From assembly GCA_040776945.1 (NCBI GenBank), contig JAXGZN010000001.1, positions 384,001-448,000 on the forward strand: 64,000 nt of DNA. Direction: 5' to 3'. The stretch is from Methanomassiliicoccaceae archaeon. GTDB lineage: Archaea > Thermoplasmatota > Thermoplasmata > Methanomassiliicoccales > Methanomassiliicoccaceae. This document shows, one piece after another, positions 1-9,417 of this stretch. The notes beneath the pieces were generated by a model. It saw only the letters and a list, made by a program, of their open reading frames with translations, had not been told where the DNA came from and ran no database searches. Made by a program: the position numbers and the translations under genes. The number at the start of each line of letters is the position of its first letter. The first letter of the stretch is position 1.

Positions 1-552
1 AGCCTCCATTCGGCCGCTGTCGGCGGCCACTGCATTGGCGATCAGCCTGATGCGGCCGTCCTCCCATCGGAGCAAGGAGCCGAAGGAGTTCGCCAGCGTG
101 GTGATCCGCAGCCCCTCGGCGTACAGGGCATTGGTATTGACGATCTTGTCCGATATCTTCTGGGCCTCGTCGAGGTCCTTGACCATGGCCAGTTTTTCCT
201 CGATCGGCACGGTGGCCGGCGGGATTCGCGCCTTAGCGCGGTAGTTCCCGGTCCTTGATGGCTGCTCCGGTATGGGCTTCCCGGGAGAACTGCCGGACCT
301 GGCCGCCCTAACCGCCTTCCGGGCCATCTCCGCCACGCTCTTGCGGTCCATGTCGGCGGAGGCCGCGAACCCCCAAGACCCCCCGATCCTCGCCCTAAGC
401 CCGACGCCGGCTAGGCGGCCGTTGGACATGCTTCTCAGTTCATGGTTGGACACCGCTATCGACAGCGTCCTGCTCTCTTGGTGCCGGGCGTCGCAGAACT
501 CCGCTCCAAGGTCCTGCATCAGCCTCACGGCCTGTCGCAGCTCGTCCTCCAT
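1..552 (-). CDS. TldD/PmbA family protein, N-terminal part (runs off the left window edge)
   Basis: Not in the ORF track. Manual translation from ATG 552: MEDELRQAVRLMQDLGAEFCDARHQESRTLSIAVSNHELRSMSNGRLAGVGLRARIGGSWGFAAS..., a TldD-type N-terminus (GVGLR..G.WGFA). Start overlaps the stop of the upstream peptidase. Confidence 0.8.
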   Translation of the reverse strand, partial: MEDELRQAVRLMQDLGAEFCDARHQESRTLSIAVSNHELRSMSNGRLAGVGLRARIGGSWGFAASADMDRKSVAEMARKAVRAARSGSSPGKPIPEQPSRTGNYRAKARIPPATVPIEEKLAMVKDLDEAQKISDKIVNTNALYAEGLRITTLANSFGSLLRWEDGRIRLIANAVAADSGRMEA

Positions 553-1640
553 CAGATCACCCTCAGCTCCTTGGAGGCGTCGGTCAGCAGCTCGCATCCG
601 TTCCTGGTGACCACGACGTCGTCCTCGATCCTTACCCCTCCCACACCAGGAACATATGTTCCAGGCTCGATGGTGAACGCCATTCCTTCCTCTAGGACCA
701 GTTCGGAGCCGGGGGCGAGCCTTGCACCGTCATGGACGTTGATCCCGAGACTATGGCCGGTTGAGTGTATCAGCGTTCCCTTGAGCTCCGTGGAATCGAT
801 GTATGAGCGGGCCGCCTCGTCGATCTCCCTGGCCAAGGCCCCGGGCCTAACCGCTTCGATCGCCCGCCTCTGCGCCTCCAAGACGACCTCGTACATCCTC
901 ATCATGCGCTCATCTGCCCAGCCGGCGAAGAAGGTCCTGGTTATATCCGAACAGTATCGCCGGACCTTGCAACCGAAGTCGAACAGCGCGGCATCGCCCT
1001 CCTTCAGCCTGGTGTGGTCGGGCGAGTGGTGCGGCTCCGCGGACGGCGGCCCGAACGCGGCAATGGTCTCAAAGGACACCGAGCTGGCACCAAGTCTCTG
1101 CATTTGATAGCCGATCTCCGCCGCGGCCTCGTACTCGGCCATGCCTACCTGGACGAGGTCCGGTATCCGATCGGCCACCCGGGAGGCGATGCGACATGCT
1201 TCCCTCATCGCTTCGATCTCTACCTTGTCCTTCACCAGCCGGGCTGCGATCAATGCGCTCGCTGTATCCACGAGCTCTATGCCGGGGGCCACGGCCTTGA
1301 TCTCCTTGACCCAATGATAGGTTATGGCAGATGAATTGATGCCCAGGCGGGCAACCCCTTTCAAGGAAGAGCGCATCAGTTCCGCCCTCTCGGCGGGCGT
1401 GAAATAAGGAAGCACCTCTGCGGGAGTGGACCGGGCCGAGGTCTCCTCAAGGCGCGTGGTTATGAGCTTCATCCCCCCATCGGGATAGAGGAACGCTGAG
1501 CAGTTCTCGAACAGACCTGAAACGGCCCCGGTGGCATGGAAGAACGAGGCGTCGGCGATCGGCTCCTCGTCGTTGACAAGCATGATAGCGTCCACTGGCT
1601 CGGCGAGCTTGGAAAATATCCTGAGTACTCTGTCTTTCAT
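552..1640 (-). CDS. pepQ: Xaa-Pro dipeptidase/aminopeptidase P (M24B)
   Basis: Motifs FDFGC..YCSDITRT, HSTGHSLGINVHD, TIEPGTY, GVRIEDD. Start taken at MKDRVL. Confidence 0.9.
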   Translation of the reverse strand: MKDRVLRIFSKLAEPVDAIMLVNDEEPIADASFFHATGAVSGLFENCSAFLYPDGGMKLITTRLEETSARSTPAEVLPYFTPAERAELMRSSLKGVARLGINSSAITYHWVKEIKAVAPGIELVDTASALIAARLVKDKVEIEAMREACRIASRVADRIPDLVQVGMAEYEAAAEIGYQMQRLGASSVSFETIAAFGPPSAEPHHSPDHTRLKEGDAALFDFGCKVRRYCSDITRTFFAGWADERMMRMYEVVLEAQRRAIEAVRPGALAREIDEAARSYIDSTELKGTLIHSTGHSLGINVHDGARLAPGSELVLEEGMAFTIEPGTYVPGVGGVRIEDDVVVTRNGCELLTDASKELRVI

Positions 1641-1804
1641 TGGGGACACGTACCAGAGTAGGTAGTGGGAGCGAATAAACATGATGCCCTTGCACGGCCC
1701 CGGGACCGCCTATCCTGTCTGACGTATTTCTGGAGCTGCGGCCGATGCATTTCCATAGCTTGAAATATGAATAAATCCTGTAACTTAAAAAAGGGTGAAT
1801 TCAC

Positions 1805-2134
1805 ATGGTCACGCTTGGCACCGCTTTTGAAGAGTTGGACAATGAACTGGAGAGCATGCTGGACATGGTATCTGAGGCTCTCGACCTGATGGAGAAGAAC
1901 AAGAGGGAGGAAGCCATGGAGGTATTGGCCGATCTCGAGGACGCCCTCCTGGACTTCCTGGACTACGAGGAAGTGGAGGAAGAGGAGGAGGTCGTTGAGG
2001 TCATCGAGGTTCCCAAACCGGAGCCGAAGAAGGCGGCGGCGCCCAAGAAGGCTGCGGCGCCCAAGAAATCGGCGGCCCCCAAGAAGGCCGCTGCATCAGC
2101 AAAGAAGTCGGCGGCCAAGCCGAAGAAGAAGTGA
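1805..2134 (+). CDS. Small protein with acidic helical N-terminus and Lys/Ala/Pro-rich histone H1-like tail
   Basis: GGGTGA SD before ATG, AT-rich promoter-like region upstream, clean codon usage, PKKAAA repeats, terminator downstream. Confidence 0.75.
   Translation: MVTLGTAFEELDNELESMLDMVSEALDLMEKNKREEAMEVLADLEDALLDFLDYEEVEEEEEVVEVIEVPKPEPKKAAAPKKAAAPKKSAAPKKAAASAKKSAAKPKKK
2027..2098 (+). repeat. Four imperfect 18-bp tandem repeats encoding KKAAAP/KKSAAP units
   Basis: aagaaggcggcggcgccc aagaaggctgcggcgccc aagaaatcggcggccccc aagaaggccgctgcatca. Confidence 0.85.
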
Positions 2135-2136
2135 AC

Positions 2137-2163
2137 GGGCCTCTGGCCCCCTTTCTTGTTTTT
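2137..2163 (+). terminator. Hairpin plus T-tract terminator
   Basis: gggcc-tct-ggccc followed by cctttcttgttttt, between convergent genes. Confidence 0.55.
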
Positions 2164-2981
2164 CAGACCCCTATCCACACATTTCCCAATATCCTCTTTA
2201 TCGCGGACACGGCGGACAGTGCCGCTAGATAGCTGGTGGACGGGGTCATAGGCGAAGGGACGTTGTTCGTCTCGCATCGCAGTTCACCGAACTCGCCTCT
2301 CACGATCAGAGTATGGGCGTTGCGCTCGGTCGACGGGTCACAGACAATGGTCACCCTGGTCTGCTCGAAGCCGACCCCCAGCAGCGATATCGTCGCCGCG
2401 ACGTTGAGGTTCTTCGGGAACTGGTTGGCGGCGTCGCGGGCATTGCCCTCGAAGACCACAGTTGCCTCGGTCAGGGCGTCGACGTCGATCCCTCTCATGG
2501 CCAGTCCGGGCGCGCCCTTCAAGCCCTTCGGCCCCTTCTTGGTGATTAGATGCACCTCGCTTATCGCCGCGGCCGAGGCCGCGTGCAGACCGTCCGTTCC
2601 GCAGGCCGCGCCCGACGGAACGTAGATGCGGGAGCGGTGCTTCTTGGCCAGGTCATAGCATCTCGTTCTGAACGCCTCATCGGCGAACACCCCGACGCTC
2701 ATCACCATGACGTCCACGCCATTCTCCAGGGCGAACGGTATGAACTTGCGGGCAGCGTCCTGACTGGCGGCCTCCACCGCCAGATCGATCTCTCCAAGCA
2801 CCTTGGCCAGCTTCCCGTTCACGTTGTCGATGTACTGGGCTTTGTGCAGGCTGCTGATGAGGTGCACGGCGAAGTCCTTGCTCTGGTCCGTGACATAGAT
2901 CCGGTCGACCTCCGGCATGTCGTGCACGGCCTTGGCCAGCACCGAGCCGATGGAGCCGCAGCCGATTATGAGTATGCGCAC
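2163..2981 (-). CDS. nadX: L-aspartate dehydrogenase
   Basis: Rossmann IIGCGSIG, VEAASQ, YVPSGA, FPKNLNVAAT and TSYLAALS motifs. GTG start at 2981. Confidence 0.9.
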   Translation of the reverse strand: MRILIIGCGSIGSVLAKAVHDMPEVDRIYVTDQSKDFAVHLISSLHKAQYIDNVNGKLAKVLGEIDLAVEAASQDAARKFIPFALENGVDVMVMSVGVFADEAFRTRCYDLAKKHRSRIYVPSGAACGTDGLHAASAAAISEVHLITKKGPKGLKGAPGLAMRGIDVDALTEATVVFEGNARDAANQFPKNLNVAATISLLGVGFEQTRVTIVCDPSTERNAHTLIVRGEFGELRCETNNVPSPMTPSTSYLAALSAVSAIKRILGNVWIGV

Positions 2982-3559
2982 GTCGCCGAGTATGCCGGGA
3001 AGGGATAAGAATTTGTTCCATCGATGCGGCCAATGATCGATCAAAAATGAGGGACAAGAGGCATGATGCCGGGCGCCCCAGCCTGTATCATCTGGGGCTT
3101 ACTGGCGTCTCACTTCATGAACCACGACCATCATCGTTTGTCGGTGGAGACCGTGTGCTCAGACCTGGCCATGGCATAGGCGATCCCTCGGTCCTCCGAT
3201 TATCATAATTTTCCCTATCGATCCTGCTCCCGCGGCGGAAGGGCAATGAGGCGGAGCGTGGGAAAACGAGACATGGTTCACAGTGAGCCTGCTGTCGCAT
3301 ATCCTTTGTACTATCGCTCATCGCTCTGAAAGCCCTTCCCGGCTTGCGAGCGGGGACCGACCTGCGTTTGGAGCTATTGCCGGTCACGCGATCACTTTGG
3401 CGAAAGCGGTGCCAGCAGCCTGTCGGCGGAAGTGAGCGTTGGACAGTGGGCATCTCCCCGCGCATCTGGACATCGCCCCCACCAGCGTCATGGTGCGAGC
3501 TCGCTCCTCAAGGCTCCCGTCGCCAATCATTTTATCCCACGCAGTCCAATGGAGCGCTG

Positions 3560-3964
3560 ATGAGATATGAGAATCTGGAGCACACCGCCGATGTGATGAT
3601 CAGGGCCTACGGGTCCACCATCTCGGAGTGCTTCGAGAACGCGGCCTTCGGGATGATGGACCAGATCCTGGACGCGGCCAGCATAGAGCCCAACATGGAG
3701 GAGAGGTTCGCGGTGGAGGGCGGGTCGATGGAGGACCTGCTGTACAACTTCCTCTCGGAGTTGCTGTTCATCTTCGACGCCAAGCGGCTGGCGCTGAGCG
3801 AGTTCCATGTCACAATGAGGGCCGGCGGACTGGATTGCCGAGCGCTCGGCGAGAGGTTCGATCAGGAAAGGCACTCGCCCAAACAGGAAATAAAGGCGGT
3901 GACCTATCATATGCTGCAGGTGAACGAGAGCGAGCCGTCGGTCACAATCCTCTTCGATGTGTGA
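3560..3964 (+). CDS. Archease
   Basis: MRYENLEHTADVMIRAYG...FENAA...EIKAVTYH...LFDV hallmark motifs. Confidence 0.92.
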   Translation: MRYENLEHTADVMIRAYGSTISECFENAAFGMMDQILDAASIEPNMEERFAVEGGSMEDLLYNFLSELLFIFDAKRLALSEFHVTMRAGGLDCRALGERFDQERHSPKQEIKAVTYHMLQVNESEPSVTILFDV

Positions 3965-5242
3965 ACTAGCCCTACACTCAAACAGGGGCTTTTGCCTTAC
4001 CTTTGCAGGGAGCACTCGGCTGGTTTACTACTCAGCCTCTGCAATGAGGATATACCACGATGCAGGATGTTGCGAGAAGCGTTGATATCAGCGTTCAAGG
4101 AGAGGCCGCATTTTAGACATTCGAAGCGGGAGCCGTGTCTATTGGCTTTCTCCGTATGCCCGCAACAAGAGCGTTCCTGGTTGGTGTGCTTGGGGTCTGC
4201 TTGCGGGACCATCTTGTAGGCGGCTTCGGCCTTGTACTCTAGGAAGGCCCCGAATTGGTGGAACCACCGGGAGCCGATGTTCTTCTGCTGTTTCTTGCTG
4301 CTTTTACCATTCTCCCCGGTGCACTTCCGGATCTCGGTCAGGTCTTCAAGAACGAACGCTAATACCTTCCTTTCGACTAGCCTCTAGGAGAGGCAATGGT
4401 TCACATCATTCACAAACCGTCGCTCCTTTCCGCTCACCGCATAATATTCACGTTTAGCGGATCTAGTGCCTTTGGACTGGGGTTCAGATCTTTGATGCTG
4501 GTATCTCGCCTTTATGGTCCGAAGATGCTTCGAGTTGAGAACCTTTTATCGCCGGTGACCGGGGTGTTCTTAATGTCCAAGTCGCCACCGAGCATGTCTT
4601 TCTCGGTGAAGGGGAGCTTAAGCGGATCAGGTTTCTCCATCACGGCATGGACGTACATTCGGTTGCCCTTCCTGATAACGAGCGTCGCCGCTTCGCATGT
4701 CCACCTATCCGTGCACCATGCAGGGAGGCGGACCTGGAGGTCCCGCCTGCCATCAATGCTCGCTAAGGAGCCCTTCCCAGTCAGGACATTCAGCTTGAAG
4801 CATCTGGCATCATAGCGCGACGCTCGGTTCTTTCCCGGCGTCACGAGATTGTTGCCTTCGCCGTTTCTTCTGACCGACTTCCTGGTCTCTGCAACCGTAC
4901 CTCCGATGTTCAGGGTCAGTTGCGAGGGTTATCTGGAGAGCGCCTCACGCGCCTTAGCATACGCGAGCCGATGCAGTTTGAGCTTGCTGTGGCAATCGGC
5001 ATCGTATACCATGTTCGCGTAGAACGAGAATACGTCGCACCCGATGCGAATGGTTTCGAGCAGTGCCGCATCGAACTCAATGGGGCACCTGACCGTTCGT
5101 ATCATCCATCAACAATATGCTTTAAATCAATAAACTCCTCACCAATACACTTGGTCTCATCGCCTCCGCCAGCATGGTCGCAGGCGGCCATGGTCGAGAT
5201 GCTCAGGGGAGCGTCGACCAGGATGCCGTGCGTTCGGCATCC
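3961..5242 (-). mobile_element. Degenerate IS200/IS605-family (IS1341-like, tnpB-only) element
   Basis: Minus-strand right end ...AAGCCCCTGTTTGAGTGTAGGGCTAGTTCAC (hairpin plus TTCAC terminus). Contains a tnpB remnant. A perfect hairpin GGATGCCG-N6-CGGCATCC at 5221-5242 may be the left-end structure; the left boundary is uncertain. Confidence 0.7.
3997..5105 (-). pseudogene. tnpB: tnpB (IS605 OrfB, RNA-guided nuclease) pseudogene
   Basis: MIRTVRCPIE...KLHRLAY...*PSQL (TAA at 4929-4931), RYDARCF, eroded RuvC-I MLGGDLDIKN, RuvC-II FVLEDL, FLEYKA, Zn ribbon/RuvC-III CCGH...FECLKCGLSLNADINASRNI. Several stops and frameshifts. Confidence 0.88.
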
Positions 5243-5452
5243 GGAACGAAAAGACGCTTTGGAGGGGACATCTGTGGTCATCATGGCATCACATCGGAAC
5301 GGATTGTACAATCGGTGCAGAGAGCGTGCATGCTTGTGTGGAAGCTTGAAAATCGAAGGTGAAGGACTGAGGTTCGACGTGCCTGTTACGTTGACTAGGA
5401 GGAGCGCGTTCCTCCCCCGATCTAGGCCAGGAGTTTATCGCGCCAACGGAAT

Positions 5453-6418
5453 ATGAGCGCCAGGGCTTCGGCGATAGCATATCCCATACAGGGATTGATC
5501 AAGTACCACGGGTTACGGGATGAGAGGCTCCGCCTGCCGTTCCACGATTCCATCTCGGTGTGCACCGCTCCGATCCGAACACACACCACCGTGCGATTCG
5601 GCGAGGACGTGGACATCGCGCTGATAGATGGGCGCGCGGTCCCGGGGCGGGTCATGGAGCGGGTCCATGACGTGATCGACCCTCTGCGCGCCGAGGCCGG
5701 CGTTCGCACGGGCATGCGCATGGAGTCGCGGAACGACTTTCCGTCGAACATCGGGCTGGGTGCATCGGCATCGGGCTTTGCCGCGCTGGCCGTGGCGGCG
5801 ACCGCGGCTCTGGGGCTGGAAATGTCCCTGGAGGAGATCTCGAGGTTCGCCCGGCGAGGGGCCGGCTCTGCCGCGCGGGCGGTGACCGGAGGGTTCTCGA
5901 GATGGTACGCTGGCACAGGGGACAAGGATTCGATCTCGCGCGCCATCCCCTACCCTCAAGATCTCGATCTAGAGATCGTCGCCGCCCTGGTCCCAGCGCA
6001 CAAGTTCACCGACACCGCGCATCACGAGGTGCTCGGCTCCCCGTTCTTCAAGGCCCGCCTGGAGTACGTCCCTACGGTCCTGGAGAGGATGGAAAGGGCC
6101 ATCCGGGCCGGGGACGCTGAGGAGATCGGGCGCCTGGCCGAGGCTGACACCCTGCTCCTACATGGCATTACAATGACCGGCTCGGACTCTATGGTCCTCT
6201 GGCGGCCGGAGACCGTACGGGTTATCCTGGAGGTGCAGGCCATGCGGCGAGAGGGGATCCAATGCCACTTCTCTATCGACACCGGGGCGACGGTGTACGT
6301 GAACACCAATCGGAAGGACGCGGGGGCCGTCCGGAAGAGGATCGCCGCCTTGGGCCTGGAGACCATCCCCTGCACCGTTGGGGGCCCCGCTGCACTCGTC
6401 CAGGAGCATCTGTTCTAG
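5453..6418 (+). CDS. mvaD: Phosphomevalonate decarboxylase (MvaD/GHMP family, haloarchaeal type)
   Basis: YPIQGLIKYHGLRDERLRLPFHDSISVCTAP, FPSNIGLGASASGFAAL, ARRGAGSAARAVTGG, FSIDTGATVYVN. Confidence 0.82.
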   Translation: MSARASAIAYPIQGLIKYHGLRDERLRLPFHDSISVCTAPIRTHTTVRFGEDVDIALIDGRAVPGRVMERVHDVIDPLRAEAGVRTGMRMESRNDFPSNIGLGASASGFAALAVAATAALGLEMSLEEISRFARRGAGSAARAVTGGFSRWYAGTGDKDSISRAIPYPQDLDLEIVAALVPAHKFTDTAHHEVLGSPFFKARLEYVPTVLERMERAIRAGDAEEIGRLAEADTLLLHGITMTGSDSMVLWRPETVRVILEVQAMRREGIQCHFSIDTGATVYVNTNRKDAGAVRKRIAALGLETIPCTVGGPAALVQEHLF

Positions 6419-6462
6419 CCAGGTGCCAATCTATTTATCCCCACCTTTCTTAGCTTGGCCTC

Positions 6463-7422
6463 ATGGACGTCATCGGCATCGGAGCGCTTAACGTGGACAT
6501 GTTCTACGAGGTCCCCTCCCTTGAGGTCGCTGGAACGCAGTTCGAGGCCGGAGGCGAGATCATGGACGACGGTACGCTTTTCACCAGGCTGTCCGACACC
6601 TTGTCCGGCATGCAGCCCGTGGCGCGCAGCGGGGGCGGTTCGGCCGCCAACACCGTTGTCGCTCTGGCCCGCATGGGCTACTCCGCCGGCTTTCTGGGCG
6701 TCATTGGCAAGGACGAGGAGGGGAGTTTCGTCCTGAGCTCGATGGAGGGTGTGGACGTCTCGCGGATCAAGAGGTACCAAAGGACCGGACTGTGCGTATC
6801 CCTTCTTTCAGGGGGTGAGCGGTCGCTCATGGTCATGCCCAACTCCAACGACCTGTTCTCCTTCATGCCTGAGGACATAGAGTACCTGAACTCGTCGAGG
6901 GTCGTGCACCTCAGCTCGTTCTGCAGCGACTCCGCGCTGAGGAACCAGAAGCAGATCCTGGAGCTGCTGGATGATGATGTCTTTGTCTCTTTCGCACCAG
7001 GGGAGAAATACGCCCGCCGGGGGCTGAAGCAGATCGGTGACATAATAGAGCGGTGCAGGTTCGTCTTCCTTAACCAGCGGGAGATCGGACAGCTCACCTC
7101 GCTGTCCCCCATCGACGGATGCAGGGCGCTGGTGGAAAAAGGGGCGAGGATCGTAGCGTGCACCCTGGGCGATCAAGGCTCACTGATCGTGACCAAGAAC
7201 TCGGAGATCCGTGTCCCGGTCAAGAGAGCACTGGTGGTCGACACCACTGGGGCCGGGGACGTCTACGCCGCCGGGTTCTTGGCCGGTTACCTGGACGGCG
7301 CGAACCTTGAGGCATGCGGCTCGATTGCATCGGCGGCTGCCGCGCTCAGCTTATCCTCCTACGGCCGAAGAGGATATCCAGATGAACGTTTTCTGAGACG
7401 GTTCGCAAGAGAGCTGCTTTGA
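6463..7422 (+). CDS. PfkB/ribokinase family carbohydrate or nucleoside kinase
   Basis: GGSAANTVVALARMG and VDTTGAGDVYAAGFL PfkB signatures. Confidence 0.9.
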   Translation: MDVIGIGALNVDMFYEVPSLEVAGTQFEAGGEIMDDGTLFTRLSDTLSGMQPVARSGGGSAANTVVALARMGYSAGFLGVIGKDEEGSFVLSSMEGVDVSRIKRYQRTGLCVSLLSGGERSLMVMPNSNDLFSFMPEDIEYLNSSRVVHLSSFCSDSALRNQKQILELLDDDVFVSFAPGEKYARRGLKQIGDIIERCRFVFLNQREIGQLTSLSPIDGCRALVEKGARIVACTLGDQGSLIVTKNSEIRVPVKRALVVDTTGAGDVYAAGFLAGYLDGANLEACGSIASAAAALSLSSYGRRGYPDERFLRRFARELL

Positions 7423-7561
7423 AGGCCTGGATGGGGACGGCCGACCTTGATCGCGCATTAATAAGCATAGAGCATGAAAACAATGAATAGGAAGAACAGA
7501 GCTTTAGCCCCTGGCCTGCGCGACGAGTACCAGGCACGACGGCGCCTTTGAGGGGACCACG

Positions 7562-8683
7562 ATGGACTTTGACGGGCTCGAGGAGACGATGGCCGGTGGA
7601 TGGAGGCAGTTCATCAGCGATGGCGAGGGTCCCATCACCACGAACGACAACGCCTATGAGCTATGCGCCGAGCTCATTGACGGAGGGTCCGCCTTCTTCA
7701 AGGTGATCAGTAAGTACGATGACGTGCTGGCGGACATACTGCAGAGGCCGAACTATAAGGCTGGAGATACTCTGCGCCTCATACTTCCGTTCCTCAAGGC
7801 ATATGGTGCGACAGACACATGGCTTCTCGAGTTCTCAAGGAAGAACATAGTGACGGTGCCTGGAGCCAGGAAGACCATGCGCTTTGTCCAGGAGTTCATG
7901 ACTCCTTTCATAGTGGCCACCTCGTACGAGCACTACATGAGCGCGGTGTGCGACGCCATCGGCTTCCCGCTGGAGAACACCTATAGCACCGCTTTGGAAC
8001 TGGACTCGGTGAAGATGGAGACGTGGGAGGCCGATCTGCTGAAGCGCTGCGCACACGAGATAGCCAGGATGGGCGAGATCAAGGTGCCCGATGGAGCGAG
8101 GAACATCGATGATCTCAAGGCACGGGACCGTGATCTCATCGCGCGCCTTGATGAGATATTCTGGGAAGAGCTTACCGACCTTGCTTCATACCAGCTGGTC
8201 CTTGACGTTAACCCCGTAGGGGGAGAGGAGAAGGCATCGGCGGTACTGGACATCCGCCGGAGGACGGGGATAGGTCTTGAGGACACCGCCTACGTGGGCG
8301 ACTCGATAACTGACGTTCAGGCGTTCCAACTGGTGCGTGAAGGCGGAGGCCTCACGCTGTCATTCAACGGCAACGAGTATGCGCTGCGGGAGGCGGAGTT
8401 CGCGGTAATCTCTGACAATACCGTGATAACCTCGGTGCTGGCCGAGGCCTTCCACAAGGCCGGTATGGAAGGCATCTGCTCCTTGGTCGATGACTGGAAC
8501 CTCGACGGGCTAAGATCCTCTGGATTAGTTAACTCATACCTGATGAGGGAGTTCGAGAGGACCTATCCGGAGAAGCTGCCTACGGTAGCGAGGATAACCC
8601 CTCATAACATGAAGTCGCTTACCAGACAGAGCCTGGCCTTCCGTCGCTCGGTGCGAGGGGAGACCATCGGAGCCCTTGGATGA
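7562..8683 (+). CDS. HAD-superfamily hydrolase, EhaR/COG4030-like
   Basis: FISDGEGPITTNDNAYEL (motif I-like), YVGDSITD (motif IV), SFNGNEYA. The start may instead be ATG 7589. Confidence 0.72.
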   Translation: MDFDGLEETMAGGWRQFISDGEGPITTNDNAYELCAELIDGGSAFFKVISKYDDVLADILQRPNYKAGDTLRLILPFLKAYGATDTWLLEFSRKNIVTVPGARKTMRFVQEFMTPFIVATSYEHYMSAVCDAIGFPLENTYSTALELDSVKMETWEADLLKRCAHEIARMGEIKVPDGARNIDDLKARDRDLIARLDEIFWEELTDLASYQLVLDVNPVGGEEKASAVLDIRRRTGIGLEDTAYVGDSITDVQAFQLVREGGGLTLSFNGNEYALREAEFAVISDNTVITSVLAEAFHKAGMEGICSLVDDWNLDGLRSSGLVNSYLMREFERTYPEKLPTVARITPHNMKSLTRQSLAFRRSVRGETIGALG

Positions 8684-9070
8684 TCATAGGGCGCGGTCGA
8701 TGGCGTCGGTCATCATTTTTGCGAAACTTATCCATTCTTCCTCTTTGATGTCCGGGAACATGAACTTGGCACAGCTCTCGCACTTCCCCAGTTCTCGTTC
8801 CACCGCGTCGTCGAGAACGACGCTTACCTTGGGTACCATCCCCGCCCTCTTAAGTATGAGCTCAGAGCACCGGTTGCGGCAACCGCTTACTGCCACCAGA
8901 TGTTCCGGGTCTCCTCCGCTCATCCTTACCAGGATGGGCGATGCAGCTACGGTGCAAGCACTTATCTGAATGATGCGCTCGAAGTTCTCCCTTGCGAACT
9001 TCTCTACTGCCTTTTCGATTATGAGGGAGCGCTCGCCGTTCGCCCCGCAGACGACCACCATCACCCTCAT
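8684..9070 (-). CDS. DGC-like putative zinc/Fe-S-binding protein
   Basis: Cys pattern VVVCG...SAC...VAVSGCRNRCS plus an extra CESC. ATGA-coupled to the upstream gene. Confidence 0.65.
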   Translation of the reverse strand: MRVMVVVCGANGERSLIIEKAVEKFARENFERIIQISACTVAASPILVRMSGGDPEHLVAVSGCRNRCSELILKRAGMVPKVSVVLDDAVERELGKCESCAKFMFPDIKEEEWISFAKMMTDAIDRAL

Positions 9071-9417
9071 GCGCCCATCTCCTGCAAGCTGGCAAGTATC
9101 TTGTTCTCGGCCGCCGAGACCGAGCGCTCATCAACTACGGCTGTCTTGTCGATTATCACCGTCTTCATAGGGATGAGTCCATGCATCATTAGTGTCTGCG
9201 TACCACAACATCCGTCACATCCCTCTACGACGATGGTGCGATTTGGGTCAAGGGACCTCAGTTCCTCGATGTACTTGTTAAGGCCAGCTCCCGCCGGGCA
9301 GGGCGTGTGGACCCGGATGTCCTTCTTCTCCGACACCCGCCGCAGTGCCTGGCGGACCACTCTGGCAGACGGAGAGAAACCTGCGCATATGAGAATATTG
9401 ATCGTTGCCACGCTCAT
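9067..9417 (-). CDS. DGC-like putative zinc/Fe-S-binding protein
   Basis: ILICAG...PCPAG...IVVEGCDGCCG pattern. ATGA overlap with the hydantoinase-like gene stop. Confidence 0.7.
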   Translation of the reverse strand: MSVATINILICAGFSPSARVVRQALRRVSEKKDIRVHTPCPAGAGLNKYIEELRSLDPNRTIVVEGCDGCCGTQTLMMHGLIPMKTVIIDKTAVVDERSVSAAENKILASLQEMGA

